From an uncultured cyanobacterium (GTDB lineage: Bacteria > Cyanobacteriota > Cyanobacteriia > Cyanobacteriales > Cyanobacteriaceae): 64,000 nucleotides of DNA. The stretch spans positions 1,248,001 through 1,312,000 of the forward strand of contig CAVQBA010000004.1 of the NCBI GenBank assembly GCA_963710605.1, in the 5' to 3' direction. Position 1 is the stretch's first letter; each line of letters begins with the position of its first letter. The translations under genes were made by a program, and so were the position numbers. Shown here piece by piece: positions 56,438 to 64,000 of the stretch. Under the pieces are notes generated by a model. It worked only from the letters and a program-made list of their open reading frames with translations. It did no database searches and had not been told where the DNA came from.

Positions 56438-57238
56438 TTAAAGATGCTTCGCTTCTATATTAGATCCTACGTATTCTTGCTTTTGAGTTCCCCAAATCAA
56501 ATTAGTATCAGGGATTGTACCGTTAAATTTAACATTAGTGACAATTTTTCCTGTGTACTTACGACTTTGAATTCGCATTATCACCCGACCTAGATTAGGT
56601 TCTAGACGCTCATAACGACGAGTAACGATCGCATTCCCACGAGTTTCGTATTCTGCAAAGGAAATACCTTTAATTTGTTTACCTGTTTCGGGGTCGTAAT
56701 CTCCCGACCAACTAGACCAATCTTCATATGTCTCACGCCAAGGAAACACTAAATCGGCTACTTCTAAAGGAGAAAAACCTTTATCTGCTAAAACTTTACT
56801 CGATCGATCTATTCCTACGGCTGTAGGACCTGTAAATTGAGCAGTTTCTATTCCATAATTGTTACTAGGTTGAATAATCGAAAAACCAGGATTTGGTCCT
56901 ACATCTTCTTGCTTTTGAGTTCCCCAAATCAAGTTAGTATCACGTATTGTACCGTTAGGAGTTCGATTTTGGGTAAAACCTTGTTCCTGAAAATTTTGTT
57001 GTGCTGTGGTCATTGCAGACTGAGTTACAGGAGGTGGAGAAAAAATATGATTAACCAACTTTACCCCTGCATAAAGAATTAGATCATTAAATATATTACC
57101 AGTAGTTTTTCTACCTAAAAGAAAGTCAAATATCTCAGATGATTCAGCAGGTTTTGGGAAAAAAATGCTTGAAGAAGTAACAGCAGAAGCACCTCCTAAG
57201 ACAGCGAGTTTAGTAAACTTTCTTCGATTTAGCGACAT
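56438..57238 (-). CDS. Tat-signal hypothetical protein
   Basis: GGAGG RBS then MSLNRRKFTKLA at 57238. Confidence 0.75.
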   Translation of the reverse strand: MSLNRRKFTKLAVLGGASAVTSSSIFFPKPAESSEIFDFLLGRKTTGNIFNDLILYAGVKLVNHIFSPPPVTQSAMTTAQQNFQEQGFTQNRTPNGTIRDTNLIWGTQKQEDVGPNPGFSIIQPSNNYGIETAQFTGPTAVGIDRSSKVLADKGFSPLEVADLVFPWRETYEDWSSWSGDYDPETGKQIKGISFAEYETRGNAIVTRRYERLEPNLGRVIMRIQSRKYTGKIVTNVKFNGTIPDTNLIWGTQKQEYVGSNIEAKHL

Positions 57239-57459
57239 ACAACCTCCATGATGATTATTACTTAGGGTTTTGACAACAAGTCTTGATGTTATTTCGCCAG
57301 AAAACAAAACTATTTATTACTATAATAATAACCTGAGTTTTTATTAAACAAATTGAAACTAAATTTATTTTATAATAAAAAATTATTTGAGCTATTTAGT
57401 ATTTTTTTACATACTCACTTTTTTTTAGTCAACTAATTGTAAGTCTTAGTTTTTTTTTA

Positions 57460-58083
57460 ATGCAACTAAAATCGTTTTTATCTGTACTAATAAGTTTTAC
57501 AGTTTCCTTGGGAGCAGTTGTTAGTATCACCCCACCTAGTTCGGCTAATCTAACTCTCGATGAGTTTTCATGTAAACAAAATGAAGATGGAGATTATGTA
57601 ACATATATTAGGTTTAAAACAGAACCTAATGTATATTATGAGTTAGTACGTTGGATTTATTATCAGACAGATGAATGGTCATTTCAAAGACGTTGTAATC
57701 ATGTAACTAAAAAATTTCAAGCTTTATCGGATAATGGCTGGTTAAATGAAATTGGTATAGGTCGTTCAAATGGTCAACCTATTCTCTGTGGCGTTCGCTC
57801 ACCCCAAGATTATTGTCCTAGTGGTAATGTTGATAATATTTTAGTTACCCTTCCTCCAGGATCGAATCCTGACTTCGCAAGACATAGATTATGGGATGTG
57901 GGAAATCGATCGAGAAAAGAGCCACTTTCTTTATGTGGTGCGGGGGACAACTGCGAAAAGCTGATAACGATCGAGAATGGACAACGTTATCTGAATATGG
58001 ATGTACTTAAAAGAATCATTAGAGAAAATGAAACGCCAATTGATGAAAAAAGTTTTAATTCGATCGATACTCTGGTTGATTAA
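57460..58083 (+). CDS. COP23 domain secreted protein
   Basis: Signal peptide; FSC, W..QRRCNHVTKKFQ, GRSNGQPILC, LVTLPPG. Confidence 0.8.
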   Translation: MQLKSFLSVLISFTVSLGAVVSITPPSSANLTLDEFSCKQNEDGDYVTYIRFKTEPNVYYELVRWIYYQTDEWSFQRRCNHVTKKFQALSDNGWLNEIGIGRSNGQPILCGVRSPQDYCPSGNVDNILVTLPPGSNPDFARHRLWDVGNRSRKEPLSLCGAGDNCEKLITIENGQRYLNMDVLKRIIRENETPIDEKSFNSIDTLVD

Positions 58084-58162
58084 AATATATAGCAAGTAAC
58101 GAGTAAGGAGTGGACATCTCTACCACCGCTTACCCTTCTTTCAAAGGATGGAGAACTCTATT

Positions 58163-58375
58163 TATAGTCGTTTAAAATAACAATGAGACAATTTTCGAGA
58201 TTAAGTTTTAGTTTAATTTATTAAACGGTATCTATTAGCCTTGTCAATTTATTGCAAGGCGGGTTTCGGGTTCTTCTTTTTACTATTATTTATACTGTCT
58301 CAAGCGGTCGGACCCCGCGACGACGGCAAGTCGCAAGGGAACGCCGACCAAGAAAACTTAATTAAAACAACTATA
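58163..58375. repeat. MITE-like repeat (TATAGT..ACTATA ends, TAGCCTTG..CAAGGCGGG core) with one ~50-nt GCGG..AAGA unit (58304-58353) inside its right end
   Basis: Related cores at ~42090-42206 and ~24782-24833. Confidence 0.7.
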
Positions 58376-58447
58376 ACTGTTTAAAACAACTCGTTTACTA
58401 CTATATTTTCAAGATTAAATAATCATTTTCTAATTAAATTTATCGCT

Positions 58448-59917
58448 ATGTTTAATTTTATTAAAAAGTTTCCTCTCGCCATATTATTATTAAGTGTAAC
58501 AGTAGCAACAAACCTAGTACAATTTCCAGTAGTCGCACAGCAGTTAAACAGCTCTGAGGTGTTGGATAAGTTGAAAAAATTATCAGTACGTATAGAGGGG
58601 TTACAAAGTGGTTCTGGAGTGATTGTGGATCGTAAAAAAGATGGAGATGGCTATATTTATACTGTGCTGACAAATGCTCATGTAGTTGCCAGTTCTGGTT
58701 CTTATCAGGTTATAACTTATCATGATGAAAAATATGATGTTTCTTACGACCAGATTAGGGTTTTTGAAAATCAGATCGATTTAGCAATTTTACAATTTAA
58801 CACTCAGACATACTATCAAGTAGCTGAATTAGGAGATTCTAGCCGTCTTCAGTCTCATGATGATGTTTGGTTTGGAGGTTGGGCAGAAGACATAAACCAG
58901 AATTCCGATAAACCTTCTGATATACAATACGACACAAGAATTATCAAACTGCTCGATCGTCAAGAAGAATCTTGGTGTACAGAGAAAACAATATTCTGTG
59001 GTTATAAAATTTTTTATAAAGAACCTGGACATCTGGGTATGTCTGGTTCACCTGTGTTAGATCTTAGCGGTTATTTAATTGCTATTCATGGTGGCTCACA
59101 TTGTCCAGGTGGTGGACATAGTTGCGGAGGTTGGGCAATCCCGATTAATACTTATAGAGAAAGTGAAGGAATTGACTTTAAACCTCTTCCACCAAAAATT
59201 TTACCACTACAAAATTTGGTTGCTCTGGGGGAAAGCAAAGTAAAAAATGGAGACTATGCAGGGGCGATCGTCGATTACACTAAAGCTATAGAAGAAAATC
59301 CTCGTAACTTAGATGCTTACTACAGAAGGGGTGAGGCTTATTATGCCCTGAAGAAGTATCCAGAAGCAATTAATGACTTTGACGAATATTTAGGTCTGAA
59401 TCCCAACAACTACTATGGCTACTTCTATCGAGGTCGTATTTATGCCGATCGACAAGATTACCAAAGGGCAATTTCTGACTATAATAAAGCCATTGAGATT
59501 AAATCCGACTTCGCTAAGGCTTACAATAACAGAGGTTATGCTCGTTTCCAATTAGGAGATACGCAAGGGGCGATCGTTGATTACACCGAAGCGATCGAAC
59601 TTAATTCAGATTATGCTAAAGCCTATTACAATCGTGGATTAGTTTTTGGTCGTTATTTACAAAAGTACGAAGACGCTTTAGCCGACTTAAATCAAGCAAT
59701 TAATTTAAATCCAGAAAATGCAGATGCTTATTTTATCAGAGGCATCATATACAATTCAGTTGAAAAAAGAGATCGAGCAATTAATGACTTTACCGAAGCT
59801 ATTCGTCTTCGCCCCCATTTTACAGAATCTTACGAAAACCGAGCTTTAGTTTATTACTTTATAAATGAACGTGATTTAGCTCTCAAAGACTTAGAAGATG
59901 CTCTCGATTCTTTTTAA
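58448..59917 (+). CDS. Secreted trypsin-like serine protease with TPR repeats
   Basis: TNAHVV, DLAIL, GMSGSPV catalytic triad; repeated AY.NRG TPR motifs. Confidence 0.92.
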   Translation: MFNFIKKFPLAILLLSVTVATNLVQFPVVAQQLNSSEVLDKLKKLSVRIEGLQSGSGVIVDRKKDGDGYIYTVLTNAHVVASSGSYQVITYHDEKYDVSYDQIRVFENQIDLAILQFNTQTYYQVAELGDSSRLQSHDDVWFGGWAEDINQNSDKPSDIQYDTRIIKLLDRQEESWCTEKTIFCGYKIFYKEPGHLGMSGSPVLDLSGYLIAIHGGSHCPGGGHSCGGWAIPINTYRESEGIDFKPLPPKILPLQNLVALGESKVKNGDYAGAIVDYTKAIEENPRNLDAYYRRGEAYYALKKYPEAINDFDEYLGLNPNNYYGYFYRGRIYADRQDYQRAISDYNKAIEIKSDFAKAYNNRGYARFQLGDTQGAIVDYTEAIELNSDYAKAYYNRGLVFGRYLQKYEDALADLNQAINLNPENADAYFIRGIIYNSVEKRDRAINDFTEAIRLRPHFTESYENRALVYYFINERDLALKDLEDALDSF

Positions 59918-60279
59918 AAGCCAAAAAAATACAAGAGGTTATCAACGAACTTTAGACCGTATTAGACAAATTTTAGGGGAGAGAATAATATTAGTATATA
60001 AAAACTAATAGAGATAAATCCATTACCTTATATAAATATTGTACCGAATCTCCTTTGCTCTCCTTTGCTACAACTATAGTTGTTTAAATTAAGATTAGGA
60101 TAGCGTTGATAATCGTAAAAATGTGAGCCTATACCCCGACAAGCAATTATCATTGCAAGTCTCCCCTTTGAAGGGGAGGGGCTGTCTCCTGAATTCATTT
60201 CAGGTGAATGGAATACGCCCAGTGAGAAACAAGAGGGGTTGCCGAAAGTATAAGTAATCACAAATTCATTCGGTTATAA

Positions 60280-60774
60280 TTATTGCAACTGTTGTAGTTG
60301 TCTTTCAGCCTCGCTAATCTGTTGTTGAATCTGTTGTAGTTGAGCTTCAGCAATTTGTTGTTGAACTTCTAACAGTTGTGTTTCTTTTTTAAGACGCTCC
60401 ATTCGTATTTGGTGAGAATTCGATCGTCCAGGTTGATATATAACACCTAGATAGACAGTAACGTTACTAGAATCAAGAGTATTAAGTCCTACTGACATAT
60501 TAAAACCCCAATCGTTTTCAGTATTAGCTGGTGTGTAAATCGGATTATCTAAGGGATAATTAGGGACATTAAACTCATTAATATTAGTATTTTGAACGTT
60601 ATTTTGATTGGGTATTTGAATAACATCGTTAAAGTCACCATCGATCGTCGATGCTGGATTAGCCGTTTGTTCTGCTGTTTGAGCAAAAATAGGTTTAACT
60701 GCTACTCCTTCTAAGAAAAAAAAAGCTAATATTATGGAAGTAATCCAAAAGGATAATTTTTCATTCAATTTCAT
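60280..60774 (-). CDS. Secreted hypothetical protein with amphipathic beta-hairpin and C-terminal coiled coil
   Basis: Signal peptide; WGFNMSVGL / VTVYLGVIYQPG; Q/E-rich heptads. Confidence 0.7.
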   Translation of the reverse strand: MKLNEKLSFWITSIILAFFFLEGVAVKPIFAQTAEQTANPASTIDGDFNDVIQIPNQNNVQNTNINEFNVPNYPLDNPIYTPANTENDWGFNMSVGLNTLDSSNVTVYLGVIYQPGRSNSHQIRMERLKKETQLLEVQQQIAEAQLQQIQQQISEAERQLQQLQ

Positions 60775-61262
60775 CTGACATCAATAACTAAGATTTGATT
60801 AATTTGACCGCTACCTGAGATATTTTGGACAACTTGTGTATTTAATCCGATAAACTCAACTTTAACTAAGGAGTTAGCTGGATAGTAATTCCCGCTGATA
60901 GCAACTCTATGTCTTCCTTTAGCTAAAAAAGGTGACAAATTAATTTGCGTACTATGCTTGTTAAGTGTTTGAATTACTTTCCCATCAAGTTTAATATCGC
61001 CTGTTAATTCGGCGGTAACGTTTGGGGTAGCAACTGTTAATATATGAGGTTGTCTCAGGGCTGTGGCATCTAGGGTAACTGTTGTTTGTTGAATGCTTTG
61101 GTTTAATCCGAAAAGTCGATCTACCTCTTTAAACTCTTCTCGATCGCGATCGACTTGATTTGTTTCCAAAGTGGGAAAAATAGAGTTATCATCTATATTA
61201 GGAAATTCTATACAAAATGGTATAGAAACAATAATAACTAAAGAAAAAATTTGATAATTCAT
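60771..61262 (-). CDS. Secreted hypothetical beta-rich protein
   Basis: Hydrophobic N-terminus; 4-bp ATGA overlap with the downstream gene. Confidence 0.7.
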   Translation of the reverse strand: MNYQIFSLVIIVSIPFCIEFPNIDDNSIFPTLETNQVDRDREEFKEVDRLFGLNQSIQQTTVTLDATALRQPHILTVATPNVTAELTGDIKLDGKVIQTLNKHSTQINLSPFLAKGRHRVAISGNYYPANSLVKVEFIGLNTQVVQNISGSGQINQILVIDVR

Positions 61263-61392
61263 TAGTTTTAACTCAAAGAATATTTTTTATTTGCTAATTG
61301 AATGTCGTTATTACCTAAGAGGATAAGTCGCTCAAAAATTAATTGATTATCCTCTTAGATACGATCGAGCAATGAAATATAGAATCTAGAGT

Positions 61393-61776
61393 TTAATATT
61401 CAAAACGATCGGCGGGATTGATAATGTCCACAATTACTCCGTTTTTAAACTGAATTGTTTGACTGTCAATTCCAGTTTCATTACCTTCACTTTCTTTAAT
61501 AGTTTGATTCACCTCTCTATTTTGAGTGGGTGTGCCTCTGCCTCCCGTGTTTAGTTGTACCCCTGTCGTCGATTGTACATTACCAGTACAGCGAGGATGG
61601 CTAGTCATTTTTCTTTTTGTTTCTCTGTTTGCAGGTTGCTTTGAGCCACTCAAATTAGCCTGAATAGACATATCACTTTGGATACATTGGGCATTAACAG
61701 CATTAGGGAAAATGGTTGCACAACAAACAAAAGCAAACAATACCAATTTTGGGTTTAAAAATTTTGTGAAATCCAT
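61393..61776 (-). CDS. Small secreted G/N/Q/T-rich protein with two Cys in the mature part
   Basis: Signal peptide ending VNA-QC. Confidence 0.72.
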   Translation of the reverse strand: MDFTKFLNPKLVLFAFVCCATIFPNAVNAQCIQSDMSIQANLSGSKQPANRETKRKMTSHPRCTGNVQSTTGVQLNTGGRGTPTQNREVNQTIKESEGNETGIDSQTIQFKNGVIVDIINPADRFEY

Positions 61777-61901
61777 ATACTTTACAAGATCAATTTGTAT
61801 GCGTTAAAAAAAGATAAATCGGCTATTATTTATAATGAATAGTGCTAGTAAAACCAACACTATTCGTGAAATCTCCAATATAGAGATTAGACTCAAGATT
61901 A

Positions 61902-62213
61902 TTAACGATTATTGACTCTTCTTTGAGGACGAATTACAGAGCGTTGGTCGCTTTCTTGGACGCAAATATTTCGTTCCCCAACAATGTCACAGTATTGGTC
62001 TTGTTTTTGAATACCAACTTCTGTACGAGAAAAACCATCACGTTCGGTTTTTGAATCTTGATTTGTTCGTTGATAGCTGCTACTATCTGTTCCTGTAATC
62101 ACGCTTGTTTGACGAGAGTCTTGCGCAGTGCCAGTATCAGCAAAAGTAGGTGATAATGGAATCGCTCCAAAAATGGCACAAAAAAGTACAGCAGAAATTA
62201 AATTTTTGTTCAT
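61902..62213 (-). CDS. Small secreted protein with two 22-aa Q-rich repeats
   Basis: AAGGAG RBS; signal peptide ending TFA-D; QxxxQxxxIxGxx(S/N)xxxQxxxQ twice. Confidence 0.75.
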   Translation of the reverse strand: MNKNLISAVLFCAIFGAIPLSPTFADTGTAQDSRQTSVITGTDSSSYQRTNQDSKTERDGFSRTEVGIQKQDQYCDIVGERNICVQESDQRSVIRPQRRVNNR

Positions 62214-62487
62214 GATTGTTCTCCTTATTGAGAATAAATTTATTAGCCTTTCGACTATAATCCCATTTTGCCTCAGTCTTTTTTATGTGTCGATGTAGAT
62301 AGAAAATTTTAATTAGGCTAGAAAAATTTTATTTTAAATTCAATTCTAGTCTAAATTATATTGACAGGTAAAACTACTAGTTTGTGTAGAGTACAAGTAT
62401 TTTAATTACCCGATTCGAAAGAAATTTTAGCCCTAAATAATATAGATATATTTAATATTTTTAGGACTAAAGTCCTTACTACAAACT

Positions 62488-62739
62488 TTAATTTTTAAGT
62501 ACTTGTGCGATCGCTTTTTTCTGTTCGTCGTCGTATTGCCAACGTTTGAGAAATTTTTGGTATTCTCCTTCTCCTTGCTCGATTGTTTCTTGTAATTTTT
62601 GAGTTTTTGTTTCTGTTTGAGCTAGATTTAATTTGTCGATTAATTCTTTACTTCTTTGAGTTACTCTCGCTGATTTATTTGCCATTTCTTCATCATTGTT
62701 GCGGTGATGGGCAAGTTTCATGGCAGTTGACATAGCCAC
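62488..62739 (-). CDS. Short helical hypothetical protein, possibly a gene remnant
   Basis: 83-aa ORF. The frame is open ~65 bp further upstream without a clear start. Confidence 0.4.
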   Translation of the reverse strand: MAMSTAMKLAHHRNNDEEMANKSARVTQRSKELIDKLNLAQTETKTQKLQETIEQGEGEYQKFLKRWQYDDEQKKAIAQVLKN

Positions 62740-63308
62740 GTTTTTAACTAATAATTCGCTGACAATTTCAGGTGAGCTTTTTAAACCATCAATAATTCCT
62801 GTAGATTGTCATCAACCCAAGAAACCAAGTCTAAATCTAGATTGACTTCTAGCTCAATTTATTACCCCGAACTGAGGTTATTTACTAATATGAGAGATGA
62901 AAAAGAACACTACAGATAAAATCAAGTTAAAAGTGATTAAGTAAAGGTTAAATATTATTCAACCCCTACAGTCGTTTAGTTATTTAAAAAAAATTGATGA
63001 CGATTATTCTGCTGTCAAAAGTTTGTTGATAGCTCTTCATTTGGGTAATTAACATAACATTAGTTACCACTCGTGTTGTTCACATTAAAACTACTAGCGA
63101 GACGTTATTTTTTTTTGTCTCATCAATCGTCACAAATCAATTTTTCAGATCAAATACTATGGTATTACTCAATGATTACACGTGTTGTTGCGATTAAATT
63201 AACTATCAACTCTTAATTTTTAACTTTTAACTACAAAGGTGGGCAATGCCCACCCTACATTTTTGATTAAAGACGATCGATTCAGATCGAAATATTGTCA
63301 ATTGTTAA

Positions 63309-64000
63309 TTATCTTCCGCCGACGGTAATTGAATCAACTTTAATATGAGGTTGCCCAACAGTAACATAAACACTACCGCTAACTGAGCCACAGAAACCAG
63401 CCGCCAAACCAATGTCTTTAGATGACATCGAGATTTTGGTCATAATTTCTTTAGCTTCACCGATAAGAGTCGCACCTTTAAGAGGTTTGGTAATTTTACC
63501 GTTTTCAATGAGATAGGCTTCATCAACACCAAAGTTAAATTCACCAGTATGACCAACACTTCCGCCACCCATTTTTTTACAATAGATACCTTTGTCCACA
63601 GAAGAGAATATATCATCATTACTAAATTCTCCAGGAGCAATATAGGTGTTACGCATCCGAGATGCCGCAGGAAAACTATAGTTTTGTCTTCTGCCACTAC
63701 CAGTACGAGGATGACCTGTGCGTAATGAACCTGCTCTGTCAGCTAAGAAATTTTTTAAGATACCGTTTTCGATTAATAAGGTACGTTGAGGTGCCATACC
63801 TTCATCGTCCATATCGATCGTACCGAAAGCATTTTCAGATAATCCTTCATCCCACGCAGTTAGGTTTTCATGAGCAATTTTTTCACCTTTTTTATCGATG
63901 AAAGGAGTACTCTTACGTTCAATTTGAGTAGTTTCGAATAAATGTCCACAGGCTTCATGGAAGATAACTCCACCAAATTGATTAGCCATAATTACAGGAT
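63309..64000 (-). CDS. tldD: TldD family metalloprotease (5' part outside the window)
   Basis: [43 protein letters not shown]. Confidence 0.93.
   Translation of the reverse strand, partial: PVIMANQFGGVIFHEACGHLFETTQIERKSTPFIDKKGEKIAHENLTAWDEGLSENAFGTIDMDDEGMAPQRTLLIENGILKNFLADRAGSLRTGHPRTGSGRRQNYSFPAASRMRNTYIAPGEFSNDDIFSSVDKGIYCKKMGGGSVGHTGEFNFGVDEAYLIENGKITKPLKGATLIGEAKEIMTKISMSSKDIGLAAGFCGSVSGSVYVTVGQPHIKVDSITVGGR

Noticed and set aside
56465-56957. Duplicated segment as a DGR template/variable repeat pair
   Set aside because: The five mismatches are not adenine-specific on either strand, and there is no DGR-type RT or avd gene.

Overview
AT-rich cyanobacterial chromosomal window (Cyanobacterium/Geminocystis-like by inference: dense CGATCG/HIP1 sites, ycf34, atpD-atpC, heptamer STRR repeats). 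Most of it is housekeeping: dnaN, ATP synthase beta/epsilon, tgt, cobS, phoX, GH57, RNase H, DnaJ, TldD. The most striking structure is at ~7.8-12.2 kb. A complete group IIB intron (9356-12101, RT-maturase-HNH) sits inside the 3' end of an IS200/IS605 tnpB gene and its predicted omega-RNA. The intron's EBS1/EBS2 pair perfectly with the tnpB exon, and removing the intron in silico restores a C-terminal QLSLF beta-clamp motif and a contiguous omega-RNA/right end. Other notable items: a ~51-nt structured repeat with covarying stems that nests into itself and other repeats; an operon of two LRV/HEAT-repeat paralogues enclosing two NuiA-like proteins; an ISNCY element in a duplicated secreted-protein gene; and a 50-62 kb accessory island (FHA-wHTH regulator, Ser/Thr kinase, COP23, trypsin-TPR, four-gene secreted cluster with curli-like repeats). 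Several indels in the first 4.5 kb are probably sequencing errors. No rRNA, tRNA or CRISPR array was recognised.
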